55,727 nucleotides of DNA from IMG/VR virus record IMGVR_UViG_3300045999_001046, positions 1-55,727 of that record, one strand, 5' to 3'. The DNA is from a virus. Taxonomy: Duplodnaviria; Caudoviricetes. The notes under the pieces were generated by a model. It saw nothing but the letters and a program-made list of their open reading frames with translations, was not told the DNA's origin and made no database searches. Within the stretch, counting starts at the first letter, position 1. Each line of letters starts with the position of its first letter. Of the stretch, positions 9,254-19,041 are shown one piece after another. The position numbers and the translations under genes are program-made.

Positions 9254-12200
9254 ACATCCCCGCCATCTGCTTCAGCTTCGGTACGTTGTAAGCTTGCAGC
9301 ACTTCTTTCTCAATTCGCAGTATCTCATCCACCTTTTCGCGCTTTTCCGCCGGTGATAGGTCGGCATCATTAGCGATGATGTTGCGGTACTGACGTAGTT
9401 TCCCGAGCTGGTCCTCAATCTTATTGATAATACCCTTCATGGAGTACAGTTTAAGCTTGTCCTCTGATAGGTAGTCTTGTAGCTCTTCCGCACGGCCTTC
9501 GCGCTTGAAGGTATTAACTGAGTTGACTACCTTGTCCACACGCTCACGGAACTCATAGAACTCTGTCTTATACCCACGCCCAGTGTCGTCGTACATAAAC
9601 GTCTTGACCAACGGCAGCTTGTTGGTAGGCTTAGCCATCCGGTTGGGGTCACCCGCCGCATCAGTTACATCAAGTAGCACTCCACCTACCGTGCCAAGAT
9701 AGCCGCGTACCAGATAGTCAGCCTTCATCGGAGAAATGCCGACATACCCAAAGAGTTTGGCAAGTTCTGATGTCCGGTCGTTGAACTGCAAGTAGGTCTC
9801 TTTACCCGCCATGTTGATGCCAACAATCGGGTTGCCTGTGAAGAACGAATAGTTCGTCGCTACTTCAACAGCAGGCTTGAGCAACTGAGGCATCAGGTTA
9901 ACCCCACCATACGCGTTGATAGCCGCATCCTTCATACCCTTCATAAAGGTCGTAGCGTCTACCGGACGCTCAGTGCCAGCCCGTGCGATAGCTTGGTACA
10001 TGCGCTCTGGGATAACTTTGAACAGGAAACCAATCTCCGGTGGTACAGGCAGCTTCATACCGGTGCCGGGGATAATAAAGTTAAGATCACGCTCGCGGTC
10101 ATCCAGACCTTTGTAATCGTCATCGTCGCTTACTAACGCGGCATACAGCATAGATAGCGCAGCGACTTTCGCACCTGTACCGAAGAACAAAGCCATAGCA
10201 GCCTTGCGATCCTCCATCGCCAACCCTTTACCCTGCATAGTGCGATACAGCACGTCCATACCTTGGATGTAGGCGTTCATGAACGGGACAATCTGGCGCA
10301 GGATACGCACTGTCTGCCCATCACCAGCGGTTTTAAAGTTGATGTACTCCTTGGCGCGGTGAAAAGCCAGCACTCGGTCGCCGGTCTCTTTCATGGTCTG
10401 GTCGTAAATAGCAGCACGTACTGCCATATCCGCTGACAACGAGAAGTCCTCCAGCTTGTCCCAGAACCGCCCAATAGCTGCACGGTCTTGCAGCCCATGC
10501 CGCTCACGCACTTTACGCATGACGTGATCCGGCATCCCATCGTAAGCACCAGTAATACCTAGCCCCTGAATATCAGACTCGCTGCCGGTGACTGCTTTGT
10601 AGAAGTTGCCAAGGATTTGCGTAGGTAGTGAGAACGGATGCTTCACACCCGACAAGAACATCGCACGCACCGTATCCTGTGTAAGCTGGCTCAGCGCGAA
10701 GGTTGGCATGTGGGTAACGAAGCTACGCAGCCCGGTAGCAGCAGTTCTAAACGCACCCAACACAGGCCCTGCAACGTCAATGATGTTGGAGAACGCTGCC
10801 AAGTCTTCCTGATTCTGCAAGCGGAACGCCACACGCTCACCATCACGGTAGGCAAACACCACCAAGTGGCGGTTGTTTTTCAGTTCGCGGTCAACCTCAT
10901 CCTGTGTCTTTAACTCATCAGCAGATGGCAACGCCTCAAGCGTCTTAATAGCCGCACGGTTTTTAGTACCTGAGCGCATCGCCCAGATAGTGTGCCCAAC
11001 CATGTTGTCGAGCACATTGCGGATTTCCTTGGAGCTGCCTTCTTTGTCCAATGTAGGAAGATTGGTCAAGTGCACGTTACCGGTACGAATCTTGGTCAGC
11101 CCGTCTACTTTGCTGTCCTCTTCCTCGATACGCGTCCACGGCACGTAGCCAATGTTGTCTTTCCAAGATTGAGCTTCAGCAGTGCTCAACCGCCCGGTGG
11201 CAACCAAGAAGTCGGTGATGCCTTCGTTGTACTTGGTGAATACGTCAAACGCTTGTTTGAGTTCCGGGAACTCACGCATCGCCTCGAGGCCAGCATCGAT
11301 CTCTTCTTGTGAAGCACGGACTTGCACGATCTGCTTACGTAGCAGTTTGGCAGCGGTTTTGTTGCCCTTGGCTTCTGCGGCTTCAGCCTGCTGGCGCAGG
11401 GTTTCTGCACGTTTGTTCAGCTCATTAGCCCGTTGCGCGATGAATGCACGGTGGGCAAGTGTGACAGCAGTTTTAGCTGATCCAAGCTTTGCACCTAGCT
11501 CCTCCGTAATAATCTCAAACACACGGTCAAGACTAATCTGTTGCCCATCTTCTACGCGGTCATAGACTTCAAGCAAACCATCTTTACCAATACGTACCCC
11601 ACCCTTACGCATCAGTTGGTCAGCCAGACCAGTCGCTTCCTGTGCCTGCTCATTCAAGATGTCAGGGCGGATATTGCCCAGCGAGTCTGTTACTTTGTTT
11701 TGGAATACCGCTGCAATCTGTTCTTTGACTGGGGCATCCTTGTCCACGACTGCCTGCCGGAACTTCATTGGCAAGCCTCTAGCTTTGCCTGCTTGCAGTG
11801 TTAATCGATCTAACAACGTCTGATCAACATTAGGTTCTGGCTCGTTGCCGATACCCTTCATGCGTTCGTTCAGCGCAGCAGCACGTTCCCCTTCAGGGGT
11901 CAATACTTCAGCGTTTCGTAGCTGATACGAAATCCGAGCATCTTCAGGATTAAATGCCCCGGAGTTAAACGGTGACTTTAGCTGACTGCTGTTGTAGACA
12001 GCGAGGTTTTTGTGACCGCCTTCTTTGACATAGAAGCCGTCATGCCCTAATGCTTTAATTGCTTTTTGAAATTCTGGCCTTTCTATCGTACTCCAATTAC
12101 CTTCATAAATATCTCCAGCAAACGTGTCTCCTCTTCTGCCGTTAGGAGATGTTTCGTTTAATTTTTTAATTAACGCTGCAACATGCTCTTGGTTTTGGTA

Positions 12201-15200
12201 GTCAAACGGATTCTGGGCACTAACGTATACCGGGACGATATTTGCACGGGAAGGCATTTCATTTAGAGCAAGCGTTCTAAGCTCATCAGCAACATCTGTG
12301 CCTGCACGTTCGGCAATTTTTTGGGCTTCTTTAATAAGTTCTGCCACTTTCTTCGGAGGTAAAAACTCCTCCATGCGGGACTGCATATAATCTTCAGACA
12401 GTTCAGCAAAAGTTTCAGCAAACCTCGGATTATCAGTCACGAAGATCGCATTCGCTTGCTTAGGACGGAACTCCTCAATATCCCGTGCGGTGCCGTGATA
12501 CATCAGCTTTGGTGAGCCATCCGGGTTGCGGATAACTGAGTTGCCAAACCACTTCTTAAAGTTAGCAGTCGCAGTATCCAACAGTCCTCGCACCATCGAC
12601 TGGGCTTCACCGGTTTTCAGATCAGCAGTGGATTTGACCGAAGCCTTTTTTACTTCTTTCAAGTATTGAACGAAAGTCTCATCTGCCAGATACCGCTTGT
12701 TCTTCAGGTTGCCGAAGAAGCTACGCAGAGCCCGTCCTAACCGCGCAAAGTATTTTTCTACGACAGAGATAGGCTTCTCATCCGTAGTTGCCCAACGAGA
12801 TACTTGGTCTGCATACCATTCATCAAAGCTGCGCCAGTACGGCTTCAATTCATCAGCCATACGCCCTTCAGGTACGCGTGTTTGTTTTGCAGCAGTCTTC
12901 GCACGTAGTGCGTCAACGAGTTCCCGTGCAGTCTTACCTTTTTGGGTACCTAACCACTTCTCGAATGACTTCTGTATAGAAGCTTGTAGTTCGGGCGAAG
13001 CGTTGTTGTACATCTCCTTCATATGCACATGCCCAAGCTCATGCGCCAACACTTCAAGCATTGAGGTTTTGCTGGTAGATGCCGTGAAAGCAATATAGTA
13101 ATCGCCGTTAGACAGCCGACGCATAGACCCTGCGTTCAACGGATCAAGTGCTGCCGAGCCAATCGCCCGATAAGGGCCAGTGAACTTACTTATATCTGCC
13201 CGCGCATCTTCCATCGTTGTGATGTAGATATTGGCGCGTAATCCAAGCAGTTTTGACCAGCCAGCAACAACTTCGCCAAGACCTTTCGGCGTATTCTTCG
13301 AAGTCTGGATATGCCCTTTGGTGAACTTAATAAACGGTTTAGTTTTGTGCGCTTGTTCAGCAGCATATTCTTGCCGTTTCTTTTCCGCCACCATTTGGGC
13401 GCGTTCTTGGGGAGTAAAAAGATTGCCTGTATAGGACTCAATATCAAGTTTAGTACGCTGCGATCCTTTTGCAGCGGGGTATACAGGCGCTCCTGTAAGT
13501 GCGGAATACCCGCGTATCAGTGCAAGGTCACCTTCCTGCCAAGCTATTTCACCGCCGAGGTCTTTGGCATGCTGTTCCGCAATAGCACGTTGCTCTGGGG
13601 TGTAAGGTAATTTTGGCGCTGTTTCGCCTTTCAAAGAACGAAGTTGCTCTTCAAGGTCTGCTTCTGCTACTTCTCCAAACCCATCCGTAATATCCTCGAC
13701 GATACCTTTTGCTTCCGCAGGCTTTAGTTTGCCTTCTTGCACCAACCTACGGGATGCTTCTTTAGGAGTTACTTTCCCTTTAGTAGTCGTAGGAGCAGCA
13801 GGTGCTTCCACCGCCGGGGCAGCGGCAGGCGGTACAGCAGGCGCGATAGGTTCACGTGATACCCCTTCTAGTGCAGTTGGCTGTACTCCCGCTCCGACAT
13901 CAGGCTGTTCAGTAACCCCTCCAGTAACATCCATTCCCCCGGTGACAGGTGCTGTAACTCCTCCGGCGGGTACTGCTCCTCGTTCGCCAGCCACTGTAGG
14001 GCTAGGCTCAACTGCTGGTTGGACAGGTTCTGTAGGTTGGATGACATCAGTTGCCTCCTTTGCTTTTTTAGCGCGTGGCTTTCTTGGTGGACGCAGATCA
14101 AGTTCACCTTGCTCCATGAACACCGGACTGCTCAAGAAGTTGTTAACCCCTTCGATCAGCTTAGGGCTGCGGTTAGGGTCGTTAGCAAAATCAGTCAGCA
14201 CTTCTTGAACTTCGGCACGCTGGGCGGGATCAACCAAATCCTTGCCCATAATAGCTTCACGCAACTTCTTATTGGTCGCGCCAATACCCATCACCTTGAA
14301 GTCAGCTTCGGTAACCGGGCGAGTTTCAACCGCTTCCTCCATAGTAGGTGCAGGTTGAATGTACTGTGGACCAAGACGGAACCCCGGTTCTTCTTCAGGA
14401 ACTACTAGTTCAGGTGCTGGCTGTGCCTCAAACAGGGCGCGTTGCTTACGCTCATCCATCTGCAAAAACGCACGATCAGCATCTGTAACCGCCTCACCAG
14501 CTTGCAGTCTGCTTTGTATGTCCTGTAGACGCTGCTGACGGAAGAACTCTGTTTGTTCAGGCGTGATCCCTTCGGGAGCAGTAGGTGCTTCACCCAGCAC
14601 AACACCTTCGCCAGTCTGCTGTCGAGGCATCGCAGGAGCTTCAAAGTCCAACCCCATCTGCTCCGGTTCTGGTGCAGCACCCGCACGCCCTGCGTCTTCC
14701 AAACCTTTGGACAGTTGCTTGATCTGAGTTGCAAGACCCTCACGAGCGGTGTTCAGCTCATTTGCTCGATTGAGGATGGCGGTCTTTTGCTCATCAGAAG
14801 CTGCGGCCTCGAACTGTCCTTTCAGGCGGTCAATCTCACGCATCAGCACGTCATGCTGATCTCGCAACTCAGTAATCTGGAACAGCCGATTCTGACGTTC
14901 GGCTTCTTTTTCTTCTGCTGCGCGGAACGGCTCTGGTGGCGCACGGAACCCTTCGTATCCTTCACCTAGCTCAGGCACTTGTCCGAGCGGCAGTTGTCTG
15001 GCTTCAGCCGGTACACCTACTGCGGGTTGTGCCGCTGGTGGTTGCGCCCCCGGTGCGCCTCGTGCTCTACGTCCAAGCGCGGCATCCATCAAGAACCGAG
15101 TTAGCGCACCAGCACCTGCACCATAAGCGCCTTCTTCTGCGGCACCAGCAAAGATTGGTTGTTCTGGGTTGTAGAGGCCCTGCGCAATCATGTTCTGCGC

Positions 15201-15833
15201 GACTTTCTGGGCGGCTTCCGTTGCGCCTTCAACGCCACCTGTGGCAGCGGCGCGGGCAATGATGGACTTACCTACTTTAATTTGTGGGGCCAGCAAGTCG
15301 AGCAGACCAACCGGCGTACCCAGCAGAGTAGCCATAGCGCGGTCTTCACTAGTAGCACCCTTTTCTTCAGCAGCAAGACGCGCTTCACCCGCACCCGCAC
15401 CGGCACCAAGACCAACACCAGCAACCCTACCCGCAACACCAAGTGGGCCAGTTGCAAAGAATGGGATTGTGGAGCCTAGCGCCTCACCAAACTTACGTGG
15501 AATTTCTTCTTCGTAACCAATTTCAGGCGCAAACGGTTTCCGTAGCGCAGCACCTTTTTCTTGGATGAATTTGCGCGTGGGCTCTTCGTACCCTTCAGGC
15601 AGCATAGCCGCAGCACCAACCCCAGCAGTCTCAAGCAACCCAACGGCACCGGAGGGAATGCCCTTGAAGAACTCTTTGACTTCGCCACCGATAGTGGGGC
15701 CTGCGGCTAGTTTACGAAACTGCGCCGGGGTTAGCCCCTCTGTTGCCAAATAACCGTCAATGTGAACCGGGGGCGCATTCTGATCGATCATGCTCCGGAC
15801 GTTAGCGATGATCTGTTCATAGCGGTTTGCCAT
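9252..15833 (-). CDS. giant internal virion/ejection polyvalent protein (zincin metallopeptidase, ADP-ribosyltransferase-like and LPD38-like domains)
   Basis: 2193 aa; VLAHELGH..FDEWYAD; NFKKWFGNS..PKLMYHGT; C-terminal IVPFMNAYIQG..NYSFFTGNPIV; last gene of the late operon. Confidence 0.7.
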   Translation of the reverse strand: MANRYEQIIANVRSMIDQNAPPVHIDGYLATEGLTPAQFRKLAAGPTIGGEVKEFFKGIPSGAVGLLETAGVGAAAMLPEGYEEPTRKFIQEKGAALRKPFAPEIGYEEEIPRKFGEALGSTIPFFATGPLGVAGRVAGVGLGAGAGAGEARLAAEEKGATSEDRAMATLLGTPVGLLDLLAPQIKVGKSIIARAAATGGVEGATEAAQKVAQNMIAQGLYNPEQPIFAGAAEEGAYGAGAGALTRFLMDAALGRRARGAPGAQPPAAQPAVGVPAEARQLPLGQVPELGEGYEGFRAPPEPFRAAEEKEAERQNRLFQITELRDQHDVLMREIDRLKGQFEAAASDEQKTAILNRANELNTAREGLATQIKQLSKGLEDAGRAGAAPEPEQMGLDFEAPAMPRQQTGEGVVLGEAPTAPEGITPEQTEFFRQQRLQDIQSRLQAGEAVTDADRAFLQMDERKQRALFEAQPAPELVVPEEEPGFRLGPQYIQPAPTMEEAVETRPVTEADFKVMGIGATNKKLREAIMGKDLVDPAQRAEVQEVLTDFANDPNRSPKLIEGVNNFLSSPVFMEQGELDLRPPRKPRAKKAKEATDVIQPTEPVQPAVEPSPTVAGERGAVPAGGVTAPVTGGMDVTGGVTEQPDVGAGVQPTALEGVSREPIAPAVPPAAAPAVEAPAAPTTTKGKVTPKEASRRLVQEGKLKPAEAKGIVEDITDGFGEVAEADLEEQLRSLKGETAPKLPYTPEQRAIAEQHAKDLGGEIAWQEGDLALIRGYSALTGAPVYPAAKGSQRTKLDIESYTGNLFTPQERAQMVAEKKRQEYAAEQAHKTKPFIKFTKGHIQTSKNTPKGLGEVVAGWSKLLGLRANIYITTMEDARADISKFTGPYRAIGSAALDPLNAGSMRRLSNGDYYIAFTASTSKTSMLEVLAHELGHVHMKEMYNNASPELQASIQKSFEKWLGTQKGKTARELVDALRAKTAAKQTRVPEGRMADELKPYWRSFDEWYADQVSRWATTDEKPISVVEKYFARLGRALRSFFGNLKNKRYLADETFVQYLKEVKKASVKSTADLKTGEAQSMVRGLLDTATANFKKWFGNSVIRNPDGSPKLMYHGTARDIEEFRPKQANAIFVTDNPRFAETFAELSEDYMQSRMEEFLPPKKVAELIKEAQKIAERAGTDVADELRTLALNEMPSRANIVPVYVSAQNPFDYQNQEHVAALIKKLNETSPNGRRGDTFAGDIYEGNWSTIERPEFQKAIKALGHDGFYVKEGGHKNLAVYNSSQLKSPFNSGAFNPEDARISYQLRNAEVLTPEGERAAALNERMKGIGNEPEPNVDQTLLDRLTLQAGKARGLPMKFRQAVVDKDAPVKEQIAAVFQNKVTDSLGNIRPDILNEQAQEATGLADQLMRKGGVRIGKDGLLEVYDRVEDGQQISLDRVFEIITEELGAKLGSAKTAVTLAHRAFIAQRANELNKRAETLRQQAEAAEAKGNKTAAKLLRKQIVQVRASQEEIDAGLEAMREFPELKQAFDVFTKYNEGITDFLVATGRLSTAEAQSWKDNIGYVPWTRIEEEDSKVDGLTKIRTGNVHLTNLPTLDKEGSSKEIRNVLDNMVGHTIWAMRSGTKNRAAIKTLEALPSADELKTQDEVDRELKNNRHLVVFAYRDGERVAFRLQNQEDLAAFSNIIDVAGPVLGAFRTAATGLRSFVTHMPTFALSQLTQDTVRAMFLSGVKHPFSLPTQILGNFYKAVTGSESDIQGLGITGAYDGMPDHVMRKVRERHGLQDRAAIGRFWDKLEDFSLSADMAVRAAIYDQTMKETGDRVLAFHRAKEYINFKTAGDGQTVRILRQIVPFMNAYIQGMDVLYRTMQGKGLAMEDRKAAMALFFGTGAKVAALSMLYAALVSDDDDYKGLDDRERDLNFIIPGTGMKLPVPPEIGFLFKVIPERMYQAIARAGTERPVDATTFMKGMKDAAINAYGGVNLMPQLLKPAVEVATNYSFFTGNPIVGINMAGKETYLQFNDRTSELAKLFGYVGISPMKADYLVRGYLGTVGGVLLDVTDAAGDPNRMAKPTNKLPLVKTFMYDDTGRGYKTEFYEFRERVDKVVNSVNTFKREGRAEELQDYLSEDKLKLYSMKGIINKIEDQLGKLRQYRNIIANDADLSPAEKREKVDEILRIEKEVLQAYNVPKLKQMAGM

Positions 15834-15842
15834 GATGCGCCT

Positions 15843-17585
15843 CTACTGTAGGTTGTACATTTTCTTGAGTTCGTCTTTAGACATCTGACGAGGCGGAGCT
15901 GCACTTGTGCCTTTAGGAGTAACCCCAAATTGTGCGCCTATGGAATTAGCATACGCAATTGCATCCGCCTGTAGCTGCCCCGGATCTTGGAGATACTTAG
16001 GGTTAGCCGCATTTTTAGAAATATAGTCTCCTGCCGCATCAACCAGAATTTTTGCCTTGCTTGCTTCAATCTGCTGCTCTTTTAATGCCGCTGTGTATTG
16101 ACGTGCAGTCTGCGCTTGAAGGTCTGCTACGTACATTTGCACTGCGTTATTCTGATCAGCCGTAGTCATACTAGCCGCAGCTTGTACCCCCGCAGCCGCT
16201 GCGCTATTCTTGGCTTGGAATATTGCGCGTTTATCCGACTGCACCTGCTCGGCAATTTTGTCTCTACGCGCAATATCTGATTCAGCGCCTGTGCGTCGTG
16301 CTTGCATATCCGCAGCACGCAGTGTTTCGATACGCTCATCGTATCGTTCTTGGCGGGCTTTAAGATCTTTGATAGCACCTTGATAATTCTTTAGTCCTTC
16401 CTGTGCACCTTCACTGAAGGTTTGGAACTCTTGCCCTTGCCTTGCGCCGATTAGTTTAAAGCCCGCCATCATGATGGCTTGCCCTAACGCAGTGTCTTTT
16501 TCAGTAGCAGTTTCGCCTTTTCTCTTTTCGATGCCAGCAATCATCTTGTTAAAGACTTCTGGGTCATAGCCTTCCGCTGCATAGGCGGCACGGCGCTCTT
16601 TCCCTATCTCGGCGATGTCCTTGTCTTTTGTAATATCAAAATCTTCGACTTTTGGCGTGGCTTTTTGCAAGTTTTCTTCAAAAGTGCTTCCGCGCAGTTT
16701 AGGCCGTGCGATTGGTGGCAGCGGTGGTTCCGCAGGTGCGGCTTCTGGTTTAGCTTCAGCAGGTGCTCCCGGTGCGGAAGGAACAGCGGCTACAGGCGGT
16801 GCAGCCGATTTGTCAGCAGGTTTAGCAGCAGGTTTTGTCGGAGCAGCAGGAACCTCTTTATAGCCAAACATCAACCCACGAAGCGATGGGTCATAAGGCG
16901 CACCGCGTGTTACAGGTTGTGCAAACGGATTTGGTTCTGTTGTATAGCTTGGTGCCCCTAATGGGTCTTGGAAATAATCTGCGCTTGCAGAAGCTATACC
17001 TGCGGGTTGGGTAGTTGTCGCGGCTTGCGCCGGGCTAAACAAATCATAAATCCCACCAACAGCAGTTGGCGCATTACCAATAATCTGACGCACTTGTCTT
17101 TCTGCGGCAGCAATAACTTTTGGGTCACCAGATGCTCGTGCTTCTTCCAGCTCTTTCATCCGTATTGGTAAGGCCCACTCTACATCGCGGCGTTTTTGTT
17201 CGCTTGCTGGAATCTGCCATTCACTTTTCACGTACCCGCGATCCGCATACCCCGGCACAGCGCCGCCATCATCAAACGCAACGATGCCACCACCAGCATA
17301 TTCACCTACGTTACCAGCCGGAAGCTGTTCGATGCCAGTTCCTTGCAAAGGAGCTTGAGGTTGTTGCATCTGTTGCTGTTGTGGGGCTACGGCAGGCAGA
17401 CCAAGCACGTCTTGCGCGACGGTTGACTGAGGCGCTTGCATATTCTGTTTCTGGATGCGGTCAATCATCATGCCCGCCATCATGGCTCGCTGTGGGTCAA
17501 TCAACCCCATCTGCACCATACGCCCAAGATCGGCTTTGGAGTACTTCGTTGCCAGATGCTGAATTTCTTGGATTTGTCTTTCCAT
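15843..17585 (-). CDS. internal virion/DNA ejection protein
   Basis: Ala/Gln-rich helical; xAxGG motifs; position next to the giant protein. Confidence 0.6.
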   Translation of the reverse strand: MERQIQEIQHLATKYSKADLGRMVQMGLIDPQRAMMAGMMIDRIQKQNMQAPQSTVAQDVLGLPAVAPQQQQMQQPQAPLQGTGIEQLPAGNVGEYAGGGIVAFDDGGAVPGYADRGYVKSEWQIPASEQKRRDVEWALPIRMKELEEARASGDPKVIAAAERQVRQIIGNAPTAVGGIYDLFSPAQAATTTQPAGIASASADYFQDPLGAPSYTTEPNPFAQPVTRGAPYDPSLRGLMFGYKEVPAAPTKPAAKPADKSAAPPVAAVPSAPGAPAEAKPEAAPAEPPLPPIARPKLRGSTFEENLQKATPKVEDFDITKDKDIAEIGKERRAAYAAEGYDPEVFNKMIAGIEKRKGETATEKDTALGQAIMMAGFKLIGARQGQEFQTFSEGAQEGLKNYQGAIKDLKARQERYDERIETLRAADMQARRTGAESDIARRDKIAEQVQSDKRAIFQAKNSAAAAGVQAAASMTTADQNNAVQMYVADLQAQTARQYTAALKEQQIEASKAKILVDAAGDYISKNAANPKYLQDPGQLQADAIAYANSIGAQFGVTPKGTSAAPPRQMSKDELKKMYNLQ

Positions 17586-17587
17586 GA

Positions 17588-18634
17588 TTACCCCTGCGCC
17601 AATTTATTTGCCGCAATACTAGCAAGCCCACCCGCTGCGAATAACCCCGCCTGTTTCGCGCCAGCATACGTCAGGCCAGCGCCCGCAATCTGTGCGCCAA
17701 GGGACGGTGGCGCTTGATACATTGACTGCGAATATTGAGATAAAGGGAGCCCGCGCAGCATATCTGACATAAATGCCAACTGCTGATACGGGTACTGACG
17801 TTGATTCTGGAAGTCTTGGTAAGCTTGCTGTAAGCGTTGTTGCTCCAGTCCACGTTGTTGCTCACCTGCTGACAGTTGGCCTTGCAGAATATCTTTCTGT
17901 TGCCCAAATTGTGTTTGCCCTAGTTGACCCAATGCACTTGCAGCCTGTAGCCCCATTCCGGTACCGCGTAACCCAAGGTCAGCACCAAACTGTTGTGCCT
18001 GACGTGCTTGCTCAAACGCGGTCTGCATCCCACGACCATAGATGTCTTGCTGTTGCTGTCCAAGATTACGAAGACGTTCTGCCTCAATTAATGCTGACCG
18101 TGAACCACCAAACGCACCACGCTGCGCAGCCATAGCCTGCTGTGCCTGACCTTCCATAGCCGAACGACGAGAGGCTTCTCTCAACTGCGGCTCAAGTGCA
18201 AGATTCATGTAGGGCGACATATAAGACTGCATCGCGTAGGGATCAGTTGCTTGCGCGGCATATTGCGAACCTGCACCCAACCCTTGAAGCCCTGCAAGAC
18301 CACCCATTTGCGTAGCAAGACCTAACTGCTGTGCGGGTTGTAAATTAGCTACGCCCTGAAAAGCTTGCTGCTGTAGCGGTGTAAAACTAGCAATCCGCTC
18401 GCCTTGGTATGCTTGATAAGGTGTTTTACTTAGTGCTTCGGTTTTACCCAGCATGCGCTCGACATACGGCTGGGCATATTCAGGGATTGATGTTTGCGTA
18501 ACGGTTTGCTGAGATGGCTGCGAACTACCCCCATCACCACCGTGGAGTTTGATTTTGCCGCCTTCTTTTTTGAACGCATCAGGGGGCAAATCAGGTATGC
18601 CCAGCAGCGCCATCGAACGATCATTAAATCTCAT
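17588..18634 (-). CDS. internal virion/DNA ejection (pilot-like) protein
   Basis: Gln/Gly/Ala-rich; GAFGGSR and YMSPYM patterns; context. Confidence 0.6.
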   Translation of the reverse strand: MRFNDRSMALLGIPDLPPDAFKKEGGKIKLHGGDGGSSQPSQQTVTQTSIPEYAQPYVERMLGKTEALSKTPYQAYQGERIASFTPLQQQAFQGVANLQPAQQLGLATQMGGLAGLQGLGAGSQYAAQATDPYAMQSYMSPYMNLALEPQLREASRRSAMEGQAQQAMAAQRGAFGGSRSALIEAERLRNLGQQQQDIYGRGMQTAFEQARQAQQFGADLGLRGTGMGLQAASALGQLGQTQFGQQKDILQGQLSAGEQQRGLEQQRLQQAYQDFQNQRQYPYQQLAFMSDMLRGLPLSQYSQSMYQAPPSLGAQIAGAGLTYAGAKQAGLFAAGGLASIAANKLAQG

Positions 18635-19041
18635 AGCTTCACCCCTATGACACGGTATTTTTCTGCAAACCCATGCCTACTAAATAATCTTGCAGCGGAT
18701 TCCCGCGCACTCGCTTCAATACAGGTAGCGCCATTCAGCGCCATAAATGTCTTTAGTTGCTCAAACTCAGCTTCACCAGTAATTAATTTACCGCCTACCA
18801 TGTCAATGTATCCAACGCGCTCGTTCGGCCTATTAAAAAACCGTACAGTACCTGCGCCTTGAATTACATTGTTATCGTCAACCGCTACCATCAACTGCCA
18901 CGCACCATCAGCGATTCGCATTTTGACTTGATCTAGGGTGTATTCATTTACTCCCGTGCTATCTAACGACGCCTGCAAGTATGGTGCTACCGCACCCCAG
19001 ATCAAATGCACATGCTCTATTGCTACTGACTGTATCTTCAT
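18631..19041 (-). CDS. GNAT-fold-like protein of the ejection module
   Basis: Size and position; ARESAARLFSRHGF resembles a GNAT C-terminal motif; ATGA overlaps on both sides. Confidence 0.5.
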   Translation of the reverse strand: MKIQSVAIEHVHLIWGAVAPYLQASLDSTGVNEYTLDQVKMRIADGAWQLMVAVDDNNVIQGAGTVRFFNRPNERVGYIDMVGGKLITGEAEFEQLKTFMALNGATCIEASARESAARLFSRHGFAEKYRVIGVKL

